A stretch of 64,000 nucleotides of DNA, from assembly GCA_963822965.1 (NCBI GenBank), contig CAWGJT010000014.1, forward strand, positions 224,001-288,000. Direction: 5' to 3'. Position 1 is the stretch's first letter, and every line of letters starts with the position of its first letter. Position numbers and translations under genes: made by a program. This DNA is from an uncultured delta proteobacterium (lineage in GTDB: Bacteria > Myxococcota_A > UBA9160 > UBA4427). This document shows, piece by piece, positions 19,047 to 31,601 of the stretch. The notes below the pieces were generated by a model, which ran no database searches, had not been told where the DNA came from, and saw only the letters and a list, made by a program, of their open reading frames with translations.

Positions 19047-20429
19047 TCACGGGTCGACTTCCGGATCCGTGGATGGCGCGACCCGAGAGGGTGTTCGCTC
19101 CGTCGATACCGCGCGCGCGTGGGCGAGCACCCGCTGGACCACCGCTTCCGGAGCCTCGATCGCGAGGGCATGGCCGCAGCCCGGCACGACCTGGCACTCG
19201 GAGCCGGGAATCCTCTCGGCGAGGGTGCGCGCATCGGGCGTCAGCAGGTCCGCGCCGGCCGCCAGCACCAACGTCGGTACGTCGATCCGCGGCAGATCGG
19301 ACTCTCGGGAGCCGGACCAGGCCGCCATTCCCGCCGCCGCACGGGCCAGGGTCTCGGGGTTCGCACGCCGCGCACTTTCCGCCAGGCCGCGCAGGGTGCG
19401 CGCGCGACGCGCCTCGTCGGCGAGCAGAGCGTCGCCGAAGAGCCACGGGGCGAGGAAGAGCGCCACGGTCTCCGGCGTGGCCTCCGCGGCGACCCGCTGC
19501 CAGGCGCGCGCGAACGCGAGCAGCCGCGGCGTGGCGGACGCGAAGGGCGTGATCAGGCAGAGCGACCGGATCTTCGCCGGGTGCCGCAGGGCGAGCTCGA
19601 CGGCGGTCGCCGCGCCCAGGCTCGCTCCCACGACGTGGGCCGGCGCCTCGAGCACCGCGGCGACGTCGTCGGCTGCGCGTCCGACCTCGTAGACGTCGAG
19701 ATCGGGCGCGTCGGAGGCGCCGATGCCGCGGGGGTTCACGCACAGGACGTCGAAGTCCTTCGCGAGGGTGGGAACGACCAGCGCGAACGAAGAGGCGTCG
19801 CTGCCGAAGCCGGGGAGGAGCACCACGGGGTCGGCTCGTGCTTCGGCCCCCGCCTCCGAGCTGCGCGCCGCGCGCAGCACTTCGAGCGCGACGCCGTCCT
19901 CGACCACGACGAGGCGCTCCCGGGCGGCGAGGAACGACTCGACGTCCTGCAGCGTGACACGGCCGTTCGGTCCGGTGCCGGCCACGCGCTCGAGCGCGAC
20001 GCCGTGCTTCTTGGCGAGCGCGCGCGCGGCCGGCGCCACGGGTCGGCGCTCGCCGGAGCCGCGCGCGCGGCCAGGCTCTCCTCCCTTCTTCTCCCGCTCC
20101 CGCACCTCGGGACGCGGGCCCTCCGCGCGCGGCGGCTCCGGCGGCGCGAAGGTCGCCGCGAACGAATCCGCGTCGAAGGGCTCGTCGGGGGCGTCGGTGA
20201 TGGCGGCGAGCAGCGTGCCACAGGCCACCGTCTGCCCGGGAAGAACGAAGACGTGACGAAGGACGCCGCTCGCCGTCGCCTCGATCTCCGACTCGGCCTT
20301 CTCGCTCTCGATCACGAGCACGGTCGCCCCCTTCGAGACGGGGCCGCCCGTCGCAACCGGCCACTCGACGACCGTTCCCTCCTCCATCGTCATGCCGAGA
20401 CGCGGCATCACGATCGCGGTGGCCGCCAT
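19047..20429 (-). CDS. acoC: AcoC-type E2: lipoyl + E3-binding + alpha/beta-hydrolase domains
   Basis: 'MPRLGMTMEEG', 'ESEKAE' lipoyl Lys, 'GTGPNGRVT', GASLG nucleophile, late Asp and His. Confidence 0.85.
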   Translation of the reverse strand: MAATAIVMPRLGMTMEEGTVVEWPVATGGPVSKGATVLVIESEKAESEIEATASGVLRHVFVLPGQTVACGTLLAAITDAPDEPFDADSFAATFAPPEPPRAEGPRPEVREREKKGGEPGRARGSGERRPVAPAARALAKKHGVALERVAGTGPNGRVTLQDVESFLAARERLVVVEDGVALEVLRAARSSEAGAEARADPVVLLPGFGSDASSFALVVPTLAKDFDVLCVNPRGIGASDAPDLDVYEVGRAADDVAAVLEAPAHVVGASLGAATAVELALRHPAKIRSLCLITPFASATPRLLAFARAWQRVAAEATPETVALFLAPWLFGDALLADEARRARTLRGLAESARRANPETLARAAAGMAAWSGSRESDLPRIDVPTLVLAAGADLLTPDARTLAERIPGSECQVVPGCGHALAIEAPEAVVQRVLAHARAVSTERTPSRVAPSTDPEVDP

Positions 20430-20437
20430 TCCGGCCC

Positions 20438-21442
20438 TCAGTCCTGGGAGCGAACCGCCTCGACGACCTTCGCCGCCGAGGGGATGAACGCCTGCTCGAG
20501 CACGCGGCTGAAGGGCACCGGGCTATGGGGCGCCGTCACGCGTCGGACGGGGGTCTGCAGCAGGTCGAAGCCCTGGTCGACGCAGAGTGCCGCGACGTCG
20601 CTCGCGATCGAGCAACGCGGGGTGCTCTCGTCCACGACGACGACGCGCCCGGTCTTCGCGAGCGTCTCGAGGATGGCCGTCTCGTCGAGCGGCTGCAGCG
20701 AGCGCAGGTCGAGCACGTCCGCCTCGATGCCCTCGGCGGCCAGCTGCTGCGCGGCCTCCAGACAGATGCCCACGGTGCCGCCGAAGCCGATCAGCGAGAC
20801 GTCGCCTCCTTCGCGAACCCGCGACGCCTTGCCGATCGGCACCTCGTAGTCGCCCTCGGGCACGTCGCCGGTGGTGCCGAGCACGAGCTTCGCCTCGCAG
20901 AAGATCACCGGGTTGTCGTCTCGGATCGCCGCGAGGAGGAGCCCCTTGGCGTCGGCGGGGTTCGACGGGATCACGGTCTTGAGGCCGGGGATGCCCGTCG
21001 TCATCCAGTAGAGCGACTGGCTGTGCTGGGCCGCCGCCTGCATGCCGGCGCCGCACACGGTACGCACCGTGAGCGGAATGCGGGCCTTGCCGCCGAACAT
21101 GTAGCGGAGCTTGGCGGCCTGGTTGAGGAGCGGGTCGAGGCAGGTTCCGAGGAAGTCGATGAACATCAGCTCGACGACCGGTCGCAGCCCGGTGGCGGCC
21201 GCCCCCACCGCCGTGCCGAGGATCCCCATCTCGCTGATGGGGGTGTCGAGCACCCGGTCGGGAAACGACTTCACCAGCCCCTTCGTCGTCCCGAGCACGC
21301 CGCCCATCTCCTCGAGGCCCTCGCCGTCGCGACGACCGCCCCCCGCCACGTCCTCACCCATCAGGATGACGTCGGGATCGGTCTCCATCGCGATGTGGAT
21401 CGCCTCGTTGACCGCCTTGCCGAAGGAGAGCACCCGGGTCAT
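20438..21442 (-). CDS. acoB: TPP-dependent dehydrogenase E1 beta (acetoin dehydrogenase-like)
   Basis: 'MGEDV', 'DTPISEMG', 'AKLRYMFGG', 'AQHSQ', 'DLRSLQPLD'. Confidence 0.9.
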   Translation of the reverse strand: MTRVLSFGKAVNEAIHIAMETDPDVILMGEDVAGGGRRDGEGLEEMGGVLGTTKGLVKSFPDRVLDTPISEMGILGTAVGAAATGLRPVVELMFIDFLGTCLDPLLNQAAKLRYMFGGKARIPLTVRTVCGAGMQAAAQHSQSLYWMTTGIPGLKTVIPSNPADAKGLLLAAIRDDNPVIFCEAKLVLGTTGDVPEGDYEVPIGKASRVREGGDVSLIGFGGTVGICLEAAQQLAAEGIEADVLDLRSLQPLDETAILETLAKTGRVVVVDESTPRCSIASDVAALCVDQGFDLLQTPVRRVTAPHSPVPFSRVLEQAFIPSAAKVVEAVRSQD

Positions 21443-22437
21443 CGGCCACCCCCCGCTCCGGTCGGCGGCGATTCCTCGACGTAGACGTCGCGGAGCAGCT
21501 CGCTCGGGTCCGGCAAGGGAGCCGCCTCGGCGGATTCGACCGCGGCCCGAAGCTCCTCCTGCACCAGCAGGTCGATGCGTCGCAGGTCGTCCGCATCCAC
21601 GAGCTCGGCCTCCACGACATGGCTCTCGAAGAGCTCCAGCGGATCGCGATTCTGGATCCAGTCCTCGGCCTCCTGCTTCGAGCGGTACACCAGCGAATCC
21701 CCGACGAAGTGTCCGGCGAAGCGGTAGGTCTTGCACTCGAGCAGCACCGGGCCTCGGCCGCTGCGACAGTGCTCGATCGCCAGGCCCGCCTTCTCGTAGA
21801 CGTCGAAGAAGTCCATGCCGTCGGCGATCCAGCTCTTCATCGCGTACGACCCGGCGCGCACCGCGATGTCCTTCACCGGCACCACGAAATCCGTCGGCGT
21901 GAACTCCCCGAAGCCGTTGTTCTCGACGACGTAGAGGGCCGGGAGCTTCCAGTTCGCCGCCATGTTGAGCGATTCGTGGAAGGCGCCCTGGTTCGACGCG
22001 CCGTCGCCGAAGAACGCGACGGCGACCCCGCCCGTCCGCTTCATCCTGGCGGTGAGAGCCGCGCCGGTTGCGAGAGGGATGCCGGCGCCCACGATCCCGT
22101 TCGCCCCGAGCATGCCCTTGTCCACGTCGGCGATGTGCATCGAGCCGCCTCGCCCCCGGCAGAGGCCCGTCGCCCGTCCGAAGAGCTCGGCCATCATCCC
22201 CGCGACGTCGACGCCCTTGGCGATGCAGTGCCCGTGGCCGCGGTGGGTGGAGGCGACCGTGTCCGCCCGGCCCAGGTGGGCGCACACGCCGACGGCGACC
22301 GCCTCTTCGCCGAGATAGAGGTGCATGAAGCCCCCCATCTTCCCGGCTGCCACCAGCTCACCCAGCTTCTCCTCGAATCCCCGGATCGTCCGCATCTTGC
22401 GGTAGGCGTCCAACAGGCGCTCGCGGCTCAGGTCCAT
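21439..22437 (-). CDS. acoA: TPP-dependent dehydrogenase E1 alpha (acetoin dehydrogenase-like)
   Basis: 'HLYLGEEA', 'STHRGHGH', 'GGSMH', TPP motif GDG...ENN. Confidence 0.9.
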   Translation of the reverse strand: MDLSRERLLDAYRKMRTIRGFEEKLGELVAAGKMGGFMHLYLGEEAVAVGVCAHLGRADTVASTHRGHGHCIAKGVDVAGMMAELFGRATGLCRGRGGSMHIADVDKGMLGANGIVGAGIPLATGAALTARMKRTGGVAVAFFGDGASNQGAFHESLNMAANWKLPALYVVENNGFGEFTPTDFVVPVKDIAVRAGSYAMKSWIADGMDFFDVYEKAGLAIEHCRSGRGPVLLECKTYRFAGHFVGDSLVYRSKQEAEDWIQNRDPLELFESHVVEAELVDADDLRRIDLLVQEELRAAVESAEAAPLPDPSELLRDVYVEESPPTGAGGGR

Positions 22438-22581
22438 GACGTCGTCCTCCCGGCCTCGATCTCCAGGGTACCACGCCCGCGGGCCTCGATTCGGAACGAC
22501 GCGACGTCGTCTTCCACGTCCGTCGAAGGAGGACCGTCGCGACGTGGTGAGGGGGCTTCGCGCGTCGCGGTGCGCGGCCCT

Positions 22582-23661
22582 TCAGGCGCCCTCGAGCACG
22601 CGGCGAAAGGACGCCGGCAGGAGCGAGCGGTCGGGTGTTCGCGGGGCGCGGCTGCCGGGGTCGGTCGCGTCGTAGGTGTTCCAGAAGAGCCGCGGTCCGC
22701 TGGGTGCGGTGCCCGCTGCCGCACGGGCGAGAAGAGCGGCCAGGCACTTGCCGCTGTAGGTCGCATCCAGCCGCAGGCCGGCGGCAGCCGCCGTCTCGAT
22801 CGCCGCGAGTCCGGCCTCGCTGGGTGCGCCGTAGCCCGGTCCCAGCTGGTCCTTCAGCAGCACGAAGTCGGCCTTGCGCATGCGGAGGTCGGGGATCGAC
22901 GCGTCGGCGCGTCGAAGCAGCGACAGCGTGGATCGCGCGCTGCGCAGCATGCGCGCCGGGCTCGGCGGCAGGATGTCGGTGACGAGGACACCCATCACCC
23001 GGCTTCGGAGCCCAGCCAGTCGCGCCCCGAGCTGCAGGCCGACCTGCGTGCCGGCCGTGCCCACCGGCACGTAGATCTCGGCGGGCTCCGGCAGCACACC
23101 CGCTTGCACCTGCTCGGCCAGCTCGAAGGCCGCAGACACGAAGCCCACCGTGCCCAGGGGCGACGAGCCTCCCATGGGGATCCAGGTCGGCCGCTCGCCG
23201 CGAAGCGTCGAGCGCGCGAGCACGCGCGCGACCTGCAGGGCGGCGCCGGGCACGTTGCGTCCGTATACGAGCTCGGCGCCCCACGCCGCGTCGAGCATCA
23301 GCCGCTCGTGCACCGCGTCGCAGAGGGGCTGGTCGATCAGGACGAGCGTGGTGGCGAGCCCCGCTGCGGCGCCGTGGATCGTCGTCGCGAGGGCGTGGTT
23401 CGAGCCCAGGCCGCCGACGGTCACGAGCCGGCGGCTTCCGCGTGCGAGCGCCGCGCCGAGCAGGAACTCGAGCTTGCGGGGCTTGTTGCCGCCGTAGGTC
23501 TTCGCGCTGGCCTCGTCACGCTTCACGTACAGGTCGGGGGTGGAAATGCCGTCGAGCGCGAGCGTCTCGACGGGCGTCGGGACCTCGATCAGCGGATGAC
23601 GCGGCAGCGCGTCCCGAAGCCGCGGAAAGGCGCGGAACAGGGCGAGATCCGACGGGGGCAT
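22582..23661 (-). CDS. ACC deaminase/D-cysteine desulfhydrase family PLP enzyme
   Basis: 'YVKRD', 'GGNKPRKLEF', 'GSNH', 'GTAGT', 'LDATYSGK'. Confidence 0.9.
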   Translation of the reverse strand: MPPSDLALFRAFPRLRDALPRHPLIEVPTPVETLALDGISTPDLYVKRDEASAKTYGGNKPRKLEFLLGAALARGSRRLVTVGGLGSNHALATTIHGAAAGLATTLVLIDQPLCDAVHERLMLDAAWGAELVYGRNVPGAALQVARVLARSTLRGERPTWIPMGGSSPLGTVGFVSAAFELAEQVQAGVLPEPAEIYVPVGTAGTQVGLQLGARLAGLRSRVMGVLVTDILPPSPARMLRSARSTLSLLRRADASIPDLRMRKADFVLLKDQLGPGYGAPSEAGLAAIETAAAAGLRLDATYSGKCLAALLARAAAGTAPSGPRLFWNTYDATDPGSRAPRTPDRSLLPASFRRVLEGA

Positions 23662-23780
23662 GCAGGCTCCTCTCGTTGGGCGCGCCCGAGACCCGCAGCG
23701 AGTGTCTCCGACCAGACCGGCCAGCACCAGGGGCCGGTTCCATCGTTGCGGACCCGGCGGTTGCGGGGGATCCTCTCGGC

Positions 23781-24503
23781 ATGGCAACCGAGACCCACGC
23801 CGATCAGCTCGCGAAGCTGGCGAAGCAGGGCCGCGTGGGCAGTGCGCCGGTGGCCGCCTCGACGGTGATCCTGGTGCGCGACGCCCGCGCCGGTCTCGAG
23901 ACGCTGATGCTCCGTAAGAACTCGAAGATCGCGTTCGGGGGGATGTGGGTGTTCCCGGGTGGACGGGTCGACCCGGCCGACCGCGCCGGTCTCGAACCGG
24001 ACGACGACCTCGGCGCCGCCCGCCGCGCCGCAGCGCGCGAGGCCCAGGAGGAATCGGCCCTGGTGGTCGAGCCCGAGGCGCTGGTCCCGTTCTCCCACTG
24101 GACGCCGCCGCCGATCACACCGCGGCGCTACCTCACCTGGTTCTTCCTGGCGGTCGCGCCCGGCGACGAGGTGGTGATCGACCAGGGCGAGATCCACGAG
24201 CACGCCTGGATGTCGCCCGGCAGAGGCCCTTACGCGTCGCGAAGCCGGGAGAGATCGAGATCGCGCCGCCCACCTTCGTGAGCCTCTTCGAGCTGTCGCG
24301 CTGGCCCTCCGTCGACGAGGCGCTCGCGGCCGTGCGCGCGCGAGCCCCCGAGCGCTTCGAGACGCGCATCTGCGTCGAGGAGAGCGGGCCCGTCGCGCTC
24401 TGGCACGGCGACGCGGGCTACGCGGAGAGCGACGCCGCGAAGCCCGGCCCGCGCCATCGCCTGCGCATGGCGGCCGAGCGGCTGGCGCTACGAGCGCTCC
24501 TGA
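23781..24503 (+). CDS. NUDIX hydrolase (acyl-CoA diphosphatase NUDT19-like); frameshifts near 24220-24250 and 24480
   Basis: 'VFPGGRVD', 'AAAREAQEES', 'SHWTPP', 'RRYLTWFF'; continues as 'IAPPTF' in another frame. Confidence 0.8.
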
Positions 24504-25167
24504 GCGCGCTCGAGGCCGCGCAGGATGATCTCGGCGAGGGCGTCGGCGGTGGCCTTGGGGGGCTGGTCGGCCAGGGCGGCGACCTCGGGATCGCGCGAAC
24601 TCGCGTCCGAGGCCGCCGAGCACGTGGGCGACGGCGGCCGTGTCGACGGGCTGGATGTCGCCGCTCGCGACGGCGCGGTCGAGCAGGCTCTGGGTGACCG
24701 ACGACCACGTAGGCCTCGTGGGCGTCGAGCAGGCGCTGGGCGCCGGGGACGTCGGCGAACACCCGGGACAGGGCACCGGTCTCGGGCTGCACGGCCTCGT
24801 GGGCGTTGGCGAGATAGGTGCGCAGCGCGTCCAGGGGCGCCATGGCCGGATCGAGGGCGCTCGACGCGGCGCGCCCGATGCGGTGCAGGCGCCGATCCAC
24901 GAGGGTGAGGATGAGCTCGTCCTTGCTCGGCGCGATGCCGTAGAGCGTGCGCAGCGAGCAGTTCATCTCGGCCGCGATCTGGGCCATGGTGAGCTCGGGG
25001 AGCTTCTCGCCGGTGAGCAGCGCCTCGAGGTCGTCGAGCATCTCGCGTTGGCGGACGGTGAGACCGCGCTCGGTCTCGGGCGCGAGCAGCGGCTTGCGGC
25101 GCGCGCACGCCCGGAAAGCGCATGCGGCGGGCGCGCTCGGCTTCCGCGACGACGTGGGCACGCTCAA
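24488..25167 (-). CDS. TetR family regulator, frameshifted; start approximate
   Basis: 'LTMAQIAAEMNCSLRTLYGIAPSKDEL' HTH; C-terminal pieces lie in two other frames. Confidence 0.75.
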
Positions 25168-26940
25168 GGCAGCAGCGCCTCGGGCATCTCGACGACCCGC
25201 GCCCGCAGCCACTCGCCCAGGCTCTTCGCCTGCGGGTCCTGGCGCGTCGGCGGCCGCGACGCCCTCCTCGAGCAGCCCGTGGATCACGAAGTTGAGGCTG
25301 CGGAGCGCGGGCAGGCGGTGGCGATCGATCGCCAGGGTCTGCCACCTCGGGCAGCAGCTCGCGCAGCCGCTCCACGCGTGAGGAACCCGTCGAGCCAGGC
25401 CCAGGCCTCGTCGCTGCGGGCGAAGACGCCCAGGTTCGCGTTGCCGCCCTTGTCGCCGGAGCGGGCGCCGAAGACGCGTGCCGAGCGGCGCGCGCCGCGT
25501 GGCGCCGGCGGGCGCCTTGGCGCGTCGGGCTCGGCGGCCGGCCGGATCGTGCGCCGGCGCCGTCGGGATCACGCGACTCCACGCGCCGGGTCTCGCCGCC
25601 GAGCAGCACCACCTCCTGGGGCACGGTGTCCGCGGGCACGAGCGCCGGCTCGTAGACGCCGAACGGGCGGCCCGCCGAGGGACCGCCGCCCACGCCGAAG
25701 AAGCCGGGGATGGTCGCCAGGGCGAGCTCGGTCACCGCGTTCGAGAACGCGCGTCCGACCTTCTTCTCGTCGGGATCCTTCACGCTGATGCGCAGGATGG
25801 CGACCGCCTCCTCGTTGGTCGCGGGGTCGGGCTTGTCGGTGCGCATGAGCCGCGTCGTCACCTGCTGCGAAGTCGCCGGGCGCCGTAGGGGCAGCGCCGC
25901 CCAGAAGGCGTCCTCGACCAGCTTCGCCTTCTCCTCGATGTCGAGGCCCGGTGAGGCAGACGCTCATGTCGTTGCGGAAGCCGCCCGAGCGGTTCATGCA
26001 GACCTTGAGGGTGCGGCGTCGGCGGCTCGCCCTGGATGCCGTGCATGCGCACCCGGTCCGGCGCCACCTGCTCGAGCTGGATGGTGTCGAAGCGCGTGGT
26101 GACGTCGGGCCCGAAGTACTCGGGCGCCGCCGATCTCGTAGAGGAGCTGCGACGTGATCGTGCCGATCGAGACCTCGCCGCCGGTGCCGTCGTGCTTGCC
26201 GATCACCGAGGAGCCGTCCGCGGCGACCTCGGCCCACGGGAAGCCGACCCGCTCCATGCCCGGCACCTCGCGTGAAGAACGAGTAGTTGCCGCCGGTCGC
26301 CTGGGTGCCGCACTCGATCACGTGGCCGGCGGCGACGGCGCCCGCGAGCGCGTCCAAGTCGTCGCGCGACCAGCCGTGGTGCCAGGCCGCCGGGCCGCAC
26401 ACCACCGCGGCGTCGGTCACGCGTCCGGTGATCACGATGTCGGCGCCGCGCTCGAGGGCGTCGACGATGCCCCAGCAGCCGAGGTAGGCGTTGGCGGTGA
26501 GGAAGCGCGAGACGTCCTTGATGGGCTCGCCGGTCTCGAAGTGGGTGAGCTGGTTGCGGGCCGATCAGCTCCGGCATGCCGCGGCATCAGGTCGTCGCCG
26601 CGCACGTAGGCGATCTTCGGATGACAGGCCGAGCTCGGCTCGCCACCTCGGCGACCGCCTCGGCGCAGCCGTCGGGATCGAGGCCGCCCGCGTTCGAGAC
26701 CACCTTGATGCCCCGCTCGAGGCAGGTGCCCATCACCTCCTCCATCTGGCTGACGAAGGTGTGGGCGTAGCCGCCGCCCGGCCGCTTGAGCCGCGTGCGG
26801 GCCAGGATCAGCATGGTGAGCTCGGCGAGCCAGTCGCCGGTCAGGACGTCGATGGGGCCGCCCTCGACCATCTCCTTCGCCGCCGAGAGGCGATCTCCGA
26901 AGAAGCCCGAGCAGTTGGCGATGCGGATCGGGTTCGGCCA

Positions 26941-26941
<1 letters not shown>
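25164..26941 (-). CDS. atuA: Acyclic terpene utilization AtuA family protein, many frameshifts
   Basis: Pieces 'IANCSGFFGDR', 'LTGDWLAELTM', 'NAGGLDP', 'ITGRVTDAA', 'GHVIECGTQATGGNYS', 'QLLYEI', 'KSLGEWLR'. Confidence 0.85.
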
Positions 26942-28930
<1,989 letters not shown>

Positions 28931-28934
<4 letters not shown>

Positions 28935-30595
28935 AGCCGGAACACTCCGTAGCCGTCGGCGCCCTCGATCGGGCTTGTTGCGCACGACCGAGAGGCAGAT
29001 CCCGAGCACCGTGCGCGTGTCGCGCGGATCGATGATGCCGTCGTCGCTGATGGCGCCGGTCGCCTCCAGGGCGAGGGAGCCCTTCTCCTGGATCGCCTCG
29101 ACGGCGGCGACGATCTTCGCGTCCGCCTCCTCGTCGAAGGGCTCGCCCTTCCGCGCGGCCTGGCCCCGGCGCACGATCGACATCACGCCGGCGATCTGCT
29201 TGCGGCGCCCATCACGGCGATCTTCGCGCGTGGGCCAGATGAAGGTGAAGCGGTTGTTGAAGGCGCGGCCGGACATCGCGTAGGTGCCGGCGCCGTAGGA
29301 GGCGCCGAAGATCACCGTCAGGTGCGGCACCGTCGAGTTCGAGACGGCGTTGATCATCTGCGAGCCCTTCTTGATGATGCCCGCCTGCTCGAAGTCGCGG
29401 CCCACCACGAAGCCCGTGAGGTTCTGCAGGAAGAGCAGCGGCACGTCGATCTGGTTGCAGAGCTGGATGAAGTGCGCGGCCTTCTCGGCGGACTCGGGGT
29501 AGATCACGCCGTTGTTGCCGAGGATGCCGACCGGGTAGCCGTGGATCGGACGACCAGCCGCAGACCAGCGTCGGCGCCGTAGCGCGGCTTGAACTCCTCG
29601 AAGCGCGAGCCGTCGACGACGCGCGCGATCACCTCGCGGACGTCGACCGGGCGGCGCAGGTCCGGGCTCACGAGGCCCAGCAGCTCCTCGGGATCGTGGA
29701 CGGGCGCGTCGGCGCGCCAGGCTCGGCGGCGGGCCCGGGCTTGCGCCAGTTCAGGTGCGAGACCACCTCGCGGCACAGGCGCAGGGCGTCCGTCTCGTCC
29801 TCGGCCAGGTACTCGCCGAGCCCCGAGATCTCGGCGTGCATCTGCGCGCCGCCCAGGGTCTCGTCGTCGGAGTCCTCGCCGGTCGCCATCTTCACCAGCG
29901 GCGGACCGGCCAGGAAGATCTTCGACTGCTCCTTGATCACGATGTTGTAGTCGGACATGCCGGGCTGGTAGGCGCCGCCGGCCGTGGAGGAGCCGAAGAC
30001 CACGCAGACCGTCGGGATCTCGAGCTTCGAGAGCTCGATCATCTCGTAGAAGAAGCGGCCGGTCTCGGCGAAGTGCTCGGTTCGCGCCCGGCGTCTTCCG
30101 CCGCCCTCCCCGTCGCCCGTCTGGACGCGCAGGTCGGCGCCCGCCGACTCGACGAACTACACGTAGGGGATGCGGTTGTCGCGGGCGATCTCGAGGGCGC
30201 GCATCCACTTCTTGCTCACGTAGGGCGTGAGGGCGCCGCCGAGCACCGTGGGGTCGTTGGCGAAGATCACGCACTCGACGCCCGCGATGACGCCGATGCC
30301 CAGCACCGCGCCGCCGCCGATCGTGTAGTCGGAGTCGTAGGCGGCCAGCGGGCTGATCTCGAGGAAGGGGCTGTCGGGGTCGAGGGCCAGGGCGATGCGC
30401 TCGCGGACCGGGCAGCTTGCCGCGGCTCGCGCAGGCGCTCGTGGGCCTTCGGGCCGCCGCCGGCCTCGGCCTCGTCGAGCAGCCGGTCGATCTCGGCCAG
30501 CTTCTCCAGCATGGCGCCGGCGGTTCTCCTCGAACTCGGGGATCGCGGGCGTCGAGGCTCGAGGGGAGGGGCGGTGCGAGCAGGGTGGGTCGCAT
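28931..30595 (-). CDS. Acyl-CoA carboxylase carboxyltransferase (beta, AtuC/AccD2-like), frameshifted
   Basis: '[10 protein letters not shown]', 'GSSTAGGAY', '[14 protein letters not shown]', 'GASYGAG', '[11 protein letters not shown]'. Confidence 0.88.
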
Positions 30596-30618
30596 GATCC
30601 TTCCATTCCGGAGACGGG

Positions 30619-30667
30619 TTGACGGCTAGGTAACACGTGGGGTAATACAGTGCAACCGAAATTACCC
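30619..30667. promoter_or_regulatory. Divergent promoter region with inverted repeat
   Basis: TTGACG at 30619; GGGTAAT-N14-ATTACCC (30640-30667) in an AT-richer gap between divergent operons. Confidence 0.5.
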
Positions 30668-30745
30668 ATCCGTCCCGACGTATCCTCCCTCCCTACCTCT
30701 TCCTCTAGTTCCCAGCCGACTCTTCCGACCCGACAGGAGCCCCCC

Positions 30746-31531
30746 ATGAGCCAGGTGAAGGTCGAGACGTCCGCCGGTGTGATGACGGCGACCCTCGCCG
30801 ACGTGGAGAGCCGCAACGCGCTCGGGGCGGGTCTGGTGCAGGGCCTGCGCGACGCCCTCGCCGCGGCCAACGCCGATCCCGACGTCCGCGCCCTGGTGGT
30901 GACGAACGAGGGCACGGTCTTCTGCGCCGGCGCCAACCTGAAGGAGCGATCCGCGCCGGCGGCCGGCGGCAGCGCGGGTGCGAGCGCGCCCGGCTCGGGC
31001 GGCTTCGAGACGCTGCTCCACGAGATCCAGGTCTCGCCCACCCCGGTGGTGGCGCGGATCGCGGGCCACGTGCTGGGCGGTGGCAACGGCCTCGCCTCGG
31101 TGTGCGACGTCTCGATCGCGGCGGCCGAGGTGAAGTTCGGCTTCACCGAGGTGCGTCTCGGGGTGGCTCCCGCGATCATCTCCGTCGTCTGCCTGCCCAA
31201 GATGCGACGGGGCGAAGCGCTCGAGGCCTTCCTGCGCGGCAACCGCTTTCCCGCGACGCGCGCCGCCGAGCTCGGCCTGATCAGCCGCGCGGTACCCGCC
31301 GACGAGCTCGACGACGCGGTGGAAGAGGTGCTGGCGGACATCCGCGCCGGAGGCCCCAACGCCCTCGCTGCCGCCAAGCGTCTCGTCTACGAGGTGCCGG
31401 ACATGCCCACCAGCGAGGCGTTCGCGTTCACCGCGAAGCTCTCGGGCGAGCTGTTCCGCGGCCCCGAGGCCGCCGAGGGCATGGCGGCCTTCCTGGGCAA
31501 GCGCAAGCCTGCCTGGGCCGCCGAGGAATGA
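30746..31531 (+). CDS. Enoyl-CoA hydratase (AtuE/EchA7-like)
   Basis: 'RNAL', 'FCAGANL', 'GGGNGL', 'FTEVRLGVAP', 'EGMAAFLGKRKP'. Confidence 0.92.
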   Translation: MSQVKVETSAGVMTATLADVESRNALGAGLVQGLRDALAAANADPDVRALVVTNEGTVFCAGANLKERSAPAAGGSAGASAPGSGGFETLLHEIQVSPTPVVARIAGHVLGGGNGLASVCDVSIAAAEVKFGFTEVRLGVAPAIISVVCLPKMRRGEALEAFLRGNRFPATRAAELGLISRAVPADELDDAVEEVLADIRAGGPNALAAAKRLVYEVPDMPTSEAFAFTAKLSGELFRGPEAAEGMAAFLGKRKPAWAAEE

Positions 31532-31552
31532 CCGTCCGCACCGAGAGCCCAC

Positions 31553-31582
31553 GAGCCAGAGCCAGGGCCAGCGCCAGGGCCA
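31553..31582 (+). repeat. Intergenic hexamer repeat (GNGCCA) x5
   Basis: gagcca gagcca gggcca gcgcca gggcca just before the RBS of the LLM gene. Confidence 0.8.
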
Positions 31583-31601
31583 GAGGAAGGAGAGCTGCGA
31601 A

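Noticed and set aside
19030..19070. PEV(D/N) mini-repeat spanning the acoC stop codon
   Set aside because: Probably a low-complexity tail, perhaps with one more +1 error; no functional signal
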